DNA of 31,596 nt from a virus (IMGVR_UViG_3300044518_000016:1-31596), one strand, 5' to 3'. Positions 16,561 to 24,000 are shown, numbered from the stretch's first letter. Translations and numbers: made by a program. The notes: a model not told the origin generated them from the sequence alone.

Positions 16561-17853
16561 TCAGGCTGCCGCGGTCAGCGGGATCCGGTTGTGCCACAAG
16601 CCCCTTGTCGTGGCCACCCCGTAGCGTGCGGCGTCCAGCCCGTGATCGTTGACCTTGATGGGCTTGTCCTCGCCCTTCGCCGCCGCCGTGTCATCCCATG
16701 AGTAGGAGGGGAACTCCTCGATGACCGCCGGGCAGCCGCCGCGCGAGAACTTGAGCCGGCCGGCCGACAGCAGCGAGGAGACGAGCCGGATCCCGTCCAA
16801 GACGCTGTTGTTGGCGTCCACGACGTTCCATCCTGCCTGGAACGCCTGGATCTTGAAGCTCGCGGCCGAGGGGTCAATGACCCAGTGCTGCGGCGCCGGC
16901 CCACGCAGGTGCGTACCTGGAAACCGGACGCCAGCGAGCCAGTCCCGCAGGCGGTCCGCGTACTCCAGGTCGGTGAGCTGGCGGTGTCGTTGCCGCGAGT
17001 CCCACCGCCACTCCGACACCCCGTACAGGCAGTCCCGGCGCATACCGCTCGGATCGTTCTCGCCGCCGACACCGAACAGGATTGCGTGCAGCGGGTTGGT
17101 GGTGCCGTAGTCGACTGCGACGCACAGCCAGTCAGTGATCGGCGGCAGCAGGTCCACGACGTGCCGGGACTCGTCCCACATGTCGTAAATCGCACCCTCA
17201 GCCGCAACCCAGGCGCCCTCGATGAACCGCCGGTACCACAGGCCCACGTACTCGGCCTTCAGCGCCTCGACGTAGGCAGCCGCAAGGGACGGGTTGTCAT
17301 CGAGCGTGAAATGCCAGGTCGCCAGGTCCAGCTCACCCTGGCGGAGCAGGAAGTTCTTCCGTAGCCAGTGCGCCGGCCCGTCCGGGTTCGTCGTCCCGAT
17401 CAGCCGGGCACCCGGCACCGACAGGCGCGCAAGCAACTGGTTGAAGAAGCCTTCCGGTAGCAGCGTCACCTCGTCGGCCAGGGCCAGACAGACAGTCGCA
17501 CCACGGATCCGGCCCTCGGCACGAGCATCCGAGGCGCCGATCAAGTGCACCGTCCGGCCGAGGATTACCGCCGTGGTCGCGCCCCGGGTGTGGTGCACGA
17601 GCCGGGTGAGCGGCCCGAACAGGCTGACGTCCTGAAGCGGCTCAATGATGTTCCGCTCGATCGTCTGCAGGCTGCGCCCGACAATCAGGATCAGCCCCGA
17701 CGCGGGCGCACAGTTCACAGCGAGCAGGAACGCCACCAGCGACGCGATCGTCTTCCCCGACCGCACAGCACCCGACCAGATCGACAACCGGTGCCGCTCC
17801 GACTCGGCGATCGACCGCAACTGCTTCGGGGACAGCGGCAGATCGAGGCTCAC
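16561..17853 (-). CDS. terL: Terminase large subunit (PBSX-like)
   Basis: Walker A GAVRSGKT, Walker B ALADEV, TTNPDGP, nuclease motifs VDYGTTNP, DPSA and DHGLDAARY. Confidence 0.97.
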   Translation of the reverse strand: MSLDLPLSPKQLRSIAESERHRLSIWSGAVRSGKTIASLVAFLLAVNCAPASGLILIVGRSLQTIERNIIEPLQDVSLFGPLTRLVHHTRGATTAVILGRTVHLIGASDARAEGRIRGATVCLALADEVTLLPEGFFNQLLARLSVPGARLIGTTNPDGPAHWLRKNFLLRQGELDLATWHFTLDDNPSLAAAYVEALKAEYVGLWYRRFIEGAWVAAEGAIYDMWDESRHVVDLLPPITDWLCVAVDYGTTNPLHAILFGVGGENDPSGMRRDCLYGVSEWRWDSRQRHRQLTDLEYADRLRDWLAGVRFPGTHLRGPAPQHWVIDPSAASFKIQAFQAGWNVVDANNSVLDGIRLVSSLLSAGRLKFSRGGCPAVIEEFPSYSWDDTAAAKGEDKPIKVNDHGLDAARYGVATTRGLWHNRIPLTAAA

Positions 17854-18377
17854 TCCCCCGACCCCTCCGACTCTGCGGCCGGCGGCTCGTTGGACTGCGC
17901 GAACCGGCGGATGCCCTCGGCGAGCGCATCAAGCATGCTCCCAGCGCCGCTGTCGCCGCCCGTCGAATCGTGCTTCTCCAGCACGAGGCTCTTGTCAATC
18001 GCGATACCGATTGCCGTGTACGCGGCACGGGCCTCGCCGAGCGGCGGCTCGTCGATGGTGACGACGTCCGCGCCCTGCGGCGTCGACACGACAACCTGAT
18101 ACGGGCTCCAAGCTCGCCGCCGCAGCCGCTGCGCGTCTTCGAGGAGATCGAGCTTCAGCTGCTCACGCAGGGCTTTGACGTCGACAGCCTTCGCGCGCGT
18201 GGCTTTTTCGGTCCGCGACCGATCGAAGGCCTCGGTCAGCCCCTCGGCTTTCGCGATTCCGGTGACGGTGGAGACGGAGACGCCATGGTCGCGGGCGATC
18301 TGGTTCCGGGACTTCTCGCCGGCCTGGATGTCTTCGAGGATCGCGGCGCGCTTCTCCTCCGGGAGTGGCTTGGGCAT
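17850..18377 (-). CDS. terS: Terminase small subunit with N-terminal HTH
   Basis: SRNQIARDHGVSVSTVTGIA HTH; GTGA-coupled to terL. Confidence 0.85.
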   Translation of the reverse strand: MPKPLPEEKRAAILEDIQAGEKSRNQIARDHGVSVSTVTGIAKAEGLTEAFDRSRTEKATRAKAVDVKALREQLKLDLLEDAQRLRRRAWSPYQVVVSTPQGADVVTIDEPPLGEARAAYTAIGIAIDKSLVLEKHDSTGGDSGAGSMLDALAEGIRRFAQSNEPPAAESEGSGE

Positions 18378-18430
18378 GACGGGGTCCTCTTGTGCTGGCG
18401 GGCGCCTGGCTCGCGCTGGTGAGAGGGGCT

Positions 18431-18568
18431 GCCGGTTGCCGCTCCGGCGGGGTGGCCTGCTGCCCGGCAGGCGTGGGTGGTCCGGGCAGCAGGGTCATCG
18501 GGGTTGTTCTCGCGGGCCCGGCAGAGTCGTCCGGGCCCGCGAGAGTGCCCGCGACCCTCGGCGCGGGC
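18431..18568. repeat. Array of four inverted repeats upstream of terS
   Basis: Stems 18431-35/18444-48 (5 bp), 18456-67/18482-93 (12 bp), 18508-21/18531-44 (14 bp), 18547-53/18562-68 (7 bp). Confidence 0.8.
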
Positions 18569-18619
18569 GGTCCCTGCCGGCCGCGAGCGAGTGGGCGGCA
18601 CACGGCGGGAGTCTGCGGG

Positions 18620-19453
18620 TCAGGAGTACGACCAGACCTTGACGTAGGTGATGTCCATCTGCGCCCAAGAGTTCGGCGCGGCGGAGGATCCGTCGAGCGC
18701 GCTCTCGTTCTGAATGTCCCAGTCCATCGGCGTGTTCGGCACAGCGGTCGTCGAGTGCCCAACGACGTGGCCGTCGAGGAGGAAGGTGACGCTGCCGGGC
18801 TGCCAGAGGATGTCGCTGGTGTGCCACGACGTCCAGGTCTTGCCGGTGTCGTAGGCGTCCTGGTCTCCGCCGATGCTGTCGCGGTGGTGGGCAAACGCCG
18901 AGATCTGCCCGGTCCACTCCAGCTCCGGGAAGTCAATCTCGCAGTTGGGGCAGGCATCGTTCGACACCGGCCACAGCAGGTGAGCCGACTTGTAGCCGGT
19001 CGCCACATGGGAGACCCGGAAGCGCTCCTCGTACTTGCCGTACCGCAGCCCCATCGCCGCTTTAGGTACGACGGTCGCGCTGTGCACCGGGCCGGAGGCG
19101 CCCCGCCACATGCGGATGTGCAGCTGGCCGTCGCCCCATGGGGAGGGGCTGATGGACAGCGTGGTCGCCGGGTCGTAGTAGCCGCCGACGGGGTAGCCGC
19201 GCTGCGTCGCCGTGTCGGGCCAGCCGGCCGGGTACGCCCACCATGCGCTGCGGACGCTGGCCGGCAGGCCGGAGCAGTACGCCTGCGGTGTGTCGGTGTT
19301 GTGATCGCATCCCGTGAACCGGCCGCGGGCGACGGGCGTGTTGAAGCCGTCGGCGAACCGCAGATGCCAGGTCGGTGTCGCTTCGGCCGTCGGCGCCGTG
19401 AAGCCGACGAGCAGGGCCGCGAGACCGGCGGCGGTGGCAAGGAGGCGTCGCAT
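18620..19453 (-). CDS. Secreted glycoside hydrolase family 16 protein, 277 aa
   Basis: Signal peptide MRRLLATAAGLAALLVGFTAPTAEA, W.L.FADGF, YGKYEERF, catalytic EIDFPE, WHT..ILWQPGSVTFLLDG, MDITYVKVW. GGAGG RBS. Confidence 0.88.
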   Translation of the reverse strand: MRRLLATAAGLAALLVGFTAPTAEATPTWHLRFADGFNTPVARGRFTGCDHNTDTPQAYCSGLPASVRSAWWAYPAGWPDTATQRGYPVGGYYDPATTLSISPSPWGDGQLHIRMWRGASGPVHSATVVPKAAMGLRYGKYEERFRVSHVATGYKSAHLLWPVSNDACPNCEIDFPELEWTGQISAFAHHRDSIGGDQDAYDTGKTWTSWHTSDILWQPGSVTFLLDGHVVGHSTTAVPNTPMDWDIQNESALDGSSAAPNSWAQMDITYVKVWSYS

Positions 19454-19511
19454 CGGCACCTCCTGTGGGTGGGTCCCGCCGCCGCGACGGGGGACGCGGA
19501 CGACGGGACGA

Positions 19512-19739
19512 TCAGGCGGCCTTCGCTCCGGTGGGCAGCGGCGGCGCGATGCCGGGCTCGATCAGCTGGCGGGTGTATTCGTCGCGGTGAGCTTTCGGCA
19601 GGTCGAACACGAGGTAGCCGGCGCTCTTACCGCGGCCGATCTTCCCGATGCGGCCCTCGGATGCCCAGCGCCAGATGGTGCCGACGGGGACGCCCGCGTA
19701 GTAGGCGGCGTCGGATGCGGAGACGTAGCCGGGAGGCAT
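19512..19739 (-). CDS. Small MerR/excisionase-type HTH protein, 75 aa
   Basis: VSASDAAYYAGVPVGTIWRWASEGRI; GGAGG RBS before ATG 19739. Confidence 0.8.
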   Translation of the reverse strand: MPPGYVSASDAAYYAGVPVGTIWRWASEGRIGKIGRGKSAGYLVFDLPKAHRDEYTRQLIEPGIAPPLPTGAKAA

Positions 19740-19762
19740 GGGCACCTCCCCGGGAATGGCGA

Positions 19763-19787
19763 GAGGCCCACCAGTGTGGCGGGCCTC
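19763..19787 (-). terminator. Leader hairpin (attenuator candidate)
   Basis: GAGGCCCGCCA-CAC-TGGTGGGCCTC, between the promoter and the first gene; weak U-tract. Confidence 0.5.
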
Positions 19788-19813
19788 AAAGCGCACGAAG
19801 GCTAGTTGAGCAG

Positions 19814-19843
19814 ATCATGGCTTCGGTACAGGTGAACTGTCAA
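19814..19843 (-). promoter_or_regulatory. Housekeeping-sigma-type promoter, candidate late promoter
   Basis: TTGACA (19843-19838), 18 nt, CATGAT (19819-19814), in a locally AT-richer stretch. Confidence 0.7.
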
Positions 19844-20333
19844 GTTGCAGTTGAGGGTTTTGAGTCGTCGTCTCCTCGGGCGTCCAGCCCCAGCCTTCGG
19901 CGAGCAGTCGGACGTATCGCGCTGCCCATTCGTCCCGGCCGCAGTTACATGGGCCTGTGTCGTAGTTCTGGCCGCCGTCGTGCTCGTTCGTGGCTGCGGG
20001 GCATGTGTACGCCGGATCGTCGACGACGTTGTGCCGCTTGGCGAGGAGGGCGTCCAGCATCTTCCGGTCGGCGGTGATCCGGCGCAGCACGGCGGACGGG
20101 TTGTTGGCCGCGATGTGTGGCAGGACTGCCGAGGTTCCGGTGACGATTCGGCGGCCGTCGCCGACGACGAGTGTGCCTGGCTCGCGTGCGGTCTCGACGA
20201 GTTGGCCGCCGCGGATGTCGACAAGCCGGGCGTCTTCGACGCTCCACTCGCCGCCGCCCGCCGCTTCCGCGTCCCGCCGAGCCGCGTCCAGCGTCTCCCG
20301 CAGCCACACCACCATGCGGTCCGGGGCCGTCAC
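19815..20333 (-). CDS. DUF6221-like phage protein, 172 aa
   Basis: WLRETLD...HIAANNPSAVLRRITADRKML...VRLLAEGW; GTGA coupling. Confidence 0.78.
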   Translation of the reverse strand: MTAPDRMVVWLRETLDAARRDAEAAGGGEWSVEDARLVDIRGGQLVETAREPGTLVVGDGRRIVTGTSAVLPHIAANNPSAVLRRITADRKMLDALLAKRHNVVDDPAYTCPAATNEHDGGQNYDTGPCNCGRDEWAARYVRLLAEGWGWTPEETTTQNPQLQLDSSPVPKP

Positions 20334-20596
20334 CAGCGGGTCGCCGACCAAACCCGCATCGCCTCGTCGACGCGCTCGTCGCCCCATTCGATGACGGTGA
20401 CCGGCCCATAATTCCCCGCGACTTTCGTCCAGGACTCAGGGTCGTGGACCTCGGCGTCGGGCTCGACCCAGCAGACCAGGTAATGGCCGTCGTTCTCCCA
20501 CACGGTGCCGCAGTCGTCCCGGACGACCGTGCCCGCGGGCGGCTGCGGGTCGTTGGAGGCGAGGGTGTGGCCGACCATTGGATGCTGCTCGCTCAT
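20330..20596 (-). CDS. Hypothetical protein, probably leaderless, 88 aa
   Basis: PPAGTVVRDDCGTVW...W...YGPVTV. CATACT (20608-20603) lies 6 nt upstream of the ATG. Confidence 0.7.
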   Translation of the reverse strand: MSEQHPMVGHTLASNDPQPPAGTVVRDDCGTVWENDGHYLVCWVEPDAEVHDPESWTKVAGNYGPVTVIEWGDERVDEAMRVWSATRW

Positions 20597-20629
20597 GCCG
20601 CCAGTATGCGCGCCGCCCACGCGCCCGTC

Positions 20630-21154
20630 TCAGCCGATTCCGTCGGCCGCCGTTTTGTACTCCCCGGCCTGCGCCGGGGTCAGGTAGTGGGAGACGCGGA
20701 CCAGGACGGTGCCGTGAACGTAGTCGTACTCGGCGAGCGCCGGCATGCTCTTCGTCACGGTCTCGACGTACTTCACCCGGGTCTGCGCGTCCGCCGCCGT
20801 CGCGAACGCCTCGATCGAGCCCCCGCGGCTGACGTCGCCCTTCTCCGTACCGGCCACGTCGGACGCCTGGACCCGGCTGTCCGTGAAGTCGACCTTCGAC
20901 GTGTACTGACCCGGCCGGCCGAGGAGGTGGTTGCCGTCGTTGGCGGCGGTGACGACGTCGGACAGTTTCGCCGTGGTGACCTTCGCGGACAGCTTGGTGA
21001 AGGCGGTACTGGCATCGAGCGGCTTGTCGGCGGCTGGCGCGACGCTGTCGTTGTTGGCTTTGTTCGCGGAGTCCGTGTTGCTGGAGGAGCTGCATGCGGT
21101 GAGCGCGGCCAGGAGTAGGGCGGCGCAGGTGGTGGTGGTGAGGGTTCGTTTCAT
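20630..21154 (-). CDS. Lipoprotein, 174 aa
   Basis: Signal peptide with lipobox LTA-C21; DGNHLLGRPGQYTSK and GGSIEAF motifs. Confidence 0.85.
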   Translation of the reverse strand: MKRTLTTTTCAALLLAALTACSSSSNTDSANKANNDSVAPAADKPLDASTAFTKLSAKVTTAKLSDVVTAANDGNHLLGRPGQYTSKVDFTDSRVQASDVAGTEKGDVSRGGSIEAFATAADAQTRVKYVETVTKSMPALAEYDYVHGTVLVRVSHYLTPAQAGEYKTAADGIG

Positions 21155-21194
21155 GGGGGTGATGGTGAGCTATCGGCAGGTTTCACGGAGGTGG

Positions 21195-21211
21195 TGTGAC
21201 CGTGTTGTGAC
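21195..21211 (-). promoter_or_regulatory. GTCACA-N5-GTCACA direct repeat (OmpR-family box candidate)
   Basis: 11-bp period direct repeat about 40 nt upstream of the lipoprotein start. Confidence 0.4.
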
Positions 21212-21275
21212 GATCCATTCGACGGCCGCACGCCGAAGCCCGCCCCCAGACGGGAGCGGGCGCGGGACGGGGCGG

Positions 21276-21554
21276 TCAGTCTTCGTCGGGTTCGTCGTCG
21301 TATTCGCGCCCGAAATACTCCCGGTCGTCGTGTGCGCATTCGGCGGTGGTCGGCTCCCAGTCCGTCCGGGTGAGCATGCGCCAGGCGGAGGCGCGTGCGG
21401 TCTCGCGGCTCACTTCGGCGAGGACGCGTTCGGCGTTCTCGGGGATGGGCTTTCCGTTGTTCAGGGCGTGGATGGCGTCCTCGATGGCGAACAGGGACCG
21501 CTCGCCGCGCCGCTGTCGGGCTTCGGGGGTGTTGATCCACTCGTGTTCGCGCAT
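21276..21554 (-). CDS. Hypothetical protein, 92 aa
   Basis: GAGGGG RBS; acidic tail; packs between its neighbours. Confidence 0.7.
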   Translation of the reverse strand: MREHEWINTPEARQRRGERSLFAIEDAIHALNNGKPIPENAERVLAEVSRETARASAWRMLTRTDWEPTTAECAHDDREYFGREYDDEPDED

Positions 21555-21563
21555 CGGGACCCC

Positions 21564-21872
21564 TCAGTCGTCGTAGTCGTAGTCGCTGTAGTCCTTCAGG
21601 GATGGCGGCCGTTCGATCAGCGCCGGGGCGTGGGGGTCGTTGGGTGCGGCCCACACCATGCGCACGGTGCATCCGGTCGGGCCGCTGACGATCTCCGGCA
21701 TGTAGCGGGGCTCGTCCGCGGGCCACGCATCGGGCCATGATCCGGTGAGCCCGCGCTCGCCGCTGGGCATCTGGTTCGCCGGCGGCCAGAAGGCTTTCGG
21801 CTCCCACCGGGTCTGGCCGTCCCAGGGGCCGCCGATGTAGGCGACTTCGCGTTCGAACTCGGGGTTGGGCAT
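21564..21872 (-). CDS. Hypothetical protein with GGPxDG motif, 102 aa
   Basis: YIGGPWDG; AAAGGA RBS. Confidence 0.7.
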   Translation of the reverse strand: MPNPEFEREVAYIGGPWDGQTRWEPKAFWPPANQMPSGERGLTGSWPDAWPADEPRYMPEIVSGPTGCTVRMVWAAPNDPHAPALIERPPSLKDYSDYDYDD

Positions 21873-21921
21873 GGGGGTCCTTTCGGCGGTGGGTTGAGCG
21901 TAGGGCGGGGGTCAGCGGGGG

Positions 21922-21941
21922 CCCGGCCCCGAAGAGCCGGG
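21922..21941 (-). terminator. Hairpin with cUUCGg loop
   Basis: CCCGGCTC-TTCG-GGGCCGGG just after the stop at 21952. Confidence 0.55.
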
Positions 21942-21951
21942 GGCGGGTGGT

Positions 21952-22245
21952 CTAGAAGTGCGGATCGTGTCGGGGGCAGTCCGGGCGGTGTTCGCTGGCG
22001 ATCCACACCGTGCTGCTGAGGGGCTCCCCGCACTGGGGGCAATCGGCGTAGCAACCCTCGCAACCGTTGGCGGGCTGCTCGTCGTGGTCGAGGCAGATCT
22101 CGGTGACCTGGTAGGCGTCGGCCATGTCCGGGTCTGCGGCGATCAGGGCGGCCATGTGTGCTTCGGCTGCGGCCTTGCCGATCTCACCGTGGAATCCGGC
22201 TTCGATGCAGGCGCCGTCCTCGAAGACTCCGTATTCGATGGTCAT
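21952..22245 (-). CDS. Cys/His-rich hypothetical protein, 97 aa
   Basis: CLDH..P..GCEGC and CPQC...H..DC; GGAG RBS; follows the WYL gene. Confidence 0.72.
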   Translation of the reverse strand: MTIEYGVFEDGACIEAGFHGEIGKAAAEAHMAALIAADPDMADAYQVTEICLDHDEQPANGCEGCYADCPQCGEPLSSTVWIASEHRPDCPRHDPHF

Positions 22246-22257
22246 GTCGTTCTCCGT

Positions 22258-22677
22258 TCAGGCCGCGAGTGCGTCGGCGAGGAGCTGGACGCGGGCGGTG
22301 ATGGGCAGGTCGACGGGGTACAGCACCACGACCGTGGCGAGGCCGGTGCCGGGGTGCTTCTTCGGCTCGTCGGTGGTCGGCCGGGCCACGGTGTAGCTGG
22401 TGCGGTGGACCGTGTAGGAGATCAGGCGGTCGAGGCGGAACTCGCGGCGCTCGCCGGTTTCGCGGTCCATGGCCTTGATGAGGATGTTGCCGGCGTCGCT
22501 GACGTAGAAGTCGTAGATCTCGATGGTGCGGACTGTCTCGACGAGCCGGCCGGTCTTGCGGCCATTGTCGTCCTTCTCCTCTTTCAGGGCGGTGATGGTG
22601 ACGGGCTGCTGGCGGTCGAGGGCGGTGATGAGGCGGGTGAGGGTCTGGTTCTGGGTTTCGTTCTTGGTGTGCCTCAT
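22258..22677 (-). CDS. Stand-alone WYL-domain protein, 139 aa
   Basis: LITALDRQQPVTIT...RTIEIYD...ILIKAMDRETGERREFRLDRL matches the WYL pattern including R.FRLDR. No HTH or WCX domain. AGGGGG RBS. Confidence 0.82.
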   Translation of the reverse strand: MRHTKNETQNQTLTRLITALDRQQPVTITALKEEKDDNGRKTGRLVETVRTIEIYDFYVSDAGNILIKAMDRETGERREFRLDRLISYTVHRTSYTVARPTTDEPKKHPGTGLATVVVLYPVDLPITARVQLLADALAA

Positions 22678-22711
22678 CAGATCCCCCCTAGGCTTGTTGT
22701 CCACCCTGTTC

Positions 22712-22766
22712 ACGGGTGGTTAACCACCTCCAATATGACACAGGCTGGACGGGTGGTCAACCACCT
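22712..22766. promoter_or_regulatory. Two palindromic operators GGTGGTYAACCACC within 18-bp direct repeats
   Basis: ACGGGTGGTTAACCACCT (22712-22729) and ACGGGTGGTCAACCACCT (22749-22766). Confidence 0.85.
22732..22760 (-). promoter_or_regulatory. Leftward promoter for the WYL operon
   Basis: TTGACC (22760-22755), 17 nt, CATATT (22737-22732). Confidence 0.65.
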
Positions 22767-22774
22767 GTCAGAAT
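22746..22774 (+). promoter_or_regulatory. Rightward leaderless promoter for the RHH gene
   Basis: TGGACG (22746-51), 17 nt, CAGAAT (22769-74), 6 nt, ATG 22781. No RBS. Confidence 0.6.
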
Positions 22775-22780
22775 CTCCCC

Positions 22781-22978
22781 ATGGCCAACCAACACAAGGA
22801 GAAACTCCGAGGCATCCGAGGAGTCGACGAGACCCTGTGGACCGACCTCGACCACGCCGCCCAGGCCGTGAACAGCGACCGCAGCAAGGTCACGCGCGCA
22901 CTGTGGGAATGGTTCGTCGGACGCCCAGGCGCCAAGCTGCCGGACCGCCCGGCGAACAGCGAGGAGAAGACCGCATGA
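22781..22978 (+). CDS. Ribbon-helix-helix DNA-binding protein, 65 aa
   Basis: LRGIRGVDETLWTDLDHAAQAVNSDRSKVTRALWEWFV beta-alpha-alpha pattern. Confidence 0.8.
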   Translation: MANQHKEKLRGIRGVDETLWTDLDHAAQAVNSDRSKVTRALWEWFVGRPGAKLPDRPANSEEKTA

Positions 22979-23235
22979 GCGAGCGGCCGGACCGGTATGA
23001 GCTGAGAGCGCGCCAGCTGCGCATCCTGGCAGGCCTGCACCGGAAACGGGCCGACGAGTTGGACATGGCCGCTGAAGCGGCCTTGGCCACCCGGTCCATG
23101 CGGCGCCTCGCCGAGCTGCTCACCGAGTCAGAGGTGCGCCAGCTTGCTGAGCACCCTGACCTTGCCGAGTTGAACGTGCAGATGGACGGCTTCTACGGCG
23201 AGGGCCCGGCGCGCCCGGACGAGGAGCCCACGTGA
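22975..23235 (+). CDS. Helical hypothetical protein, 86 aa
   Basis: ATGA-coupled to the RHH gene; GAGGAG RBS. Confidence 0.72.
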   Translation: MSERPDRYELRARQLRILAGLHRKRADELDMAAEAALATRSMRRLAELLTESEVRQLAEHPDLAELNVQMDGFYGEGPARPDEEPT

Positions 23236-23510
23236 GCGAGCCGAACGCACGCGACTTGGTCCTCCGCGAGATCCTCCGAGGCAACCCGGGCATGACCGAG
23301 GAGCGCGCCGAGGACCTTATCGACGCCCTGGTGGACTCGGTCGCACACGAACTCGCCGACGAACAGCGCGCCATGGTTGCACACCATGGCATGCCGCTCG
23401 ACAGCTACGGCGAGGTGTTGGTGTGCGGCCTGATCGACCACATCGACCCGCACGTCCCGTTCGCTGAAGGAGGCCCTGCGCGCCGGGAGGACGAGGAGCC
23501 CGACGCGTGA
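23232..23510 (+). CDS. Hypothetical protein, 92 aa
   Basis: GTGA-coupled; GAGGAG RBS. Confidence 0.72.
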   Translation: MSEPNARDLVLREILRGNPGMTEERAEDLIDALVDSVAHELADEQRAMVAHHGMPLDSYGEVLVCGLIDHIDPHVPFAEGGPARREDEEPDA

Positions 23511-23514
23511 CGAT

Positions 23515-23544
23515 GGCCCCGCCCGGTCGATCCGGTGCGGGGCC
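23515..23544. terminator. Hairpin between convergent genes
   Basis: GGCCCCGC-CCGG-TCGAT-CCGG-T-GCGGGGCC. Confidence 0.7.
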
Positions 23545-23561
23545 TCGGTGTTTCCGGGTGG

Positions 23562-23765
23562 TCAGGCTGCGGAGCCTTCGTAGATGTCGTTGACGAGTCC
23601 GCTGGCCGCGATGGCGACGACGGTTCCGCAGTCACCGCACGTGTAGTCACGGCCGCCGCGTTCCGTGTCCTTGCCGGTCATGTCGTCGCCGCAGCAGACC
23701 GGAACGTCGTCGATGTCAGTGTCGTCGGCGACGGAAAGTTCGTAGCCGTAGCTGGTGGTGGGCAT
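23562..23765 (-). CDS. Small zinc-ribbon protein, 67 aa
   Basis: PVCC...YTCGDC...SGLVND; AAGGAG RBS. Confidence 0.75.
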   Translation of the reverse strand: MPTTSYGYELSVADDTDIDDVPVCCGDDMTGKDTERGGRDYTCGDCGTVVAIAASGLVNDIYEGSAA

Positions 23766-23781
23766 TACAGGTCTCCTTCTG

Positions 23782-23991
23782 TCAGGCGGGGCCGTCGTAC
23801 TCGACGGCGTAGATCTGGGCGTTGGGGTGTTCCTGCTGAGTACGGAGCACGTCGGTGACCATGCCGTCGATGTTGTTCGTCGAGTTGAAGCTGAGCAGGT
23901 TGCCAGTGCGGCGGTCGTACAGCCGGTAGTGGATCTCAGTGAAGGTCCGGCGGCGATCCCGCAGGCGCTGACCGTTCCAGACGTCGGGCAT
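23782..23991 (-). CDS. Hypothetical protein, 69 aa
   Basis: AGGAG RBS; tight packing. Confidence 0.72.
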   Translation of the reverse strand: MPDVWNGQRLRDRRRTFTEIHYRLYDRRTGNLLSFNSTNNIDGMVTDVLRTQQEHPNAQIYAVEYDGPA

Positions 23992-24000
23992 CAGGTTCTC

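Noticed and set aside
18431-18568. Hairpin array as a tRNA
   Set aside because: No cloverleaf, T-loop (TTCGA) or acceptor-stem pattern could be identified.
18163-20077. Long ORFs 18163..19440 (-) and 18392..20077 (+)
   Set aside because: Arg/Pro-rich shadows overlapping the well-supported GH16, HTH and terS genes.
21958-22974. N-terminal part of the 425-aa plus-strand ORF 21958..23235
   Set aside because: Antisense to the WYL operon and crosses the promoter region; the real gene starts at 22975.
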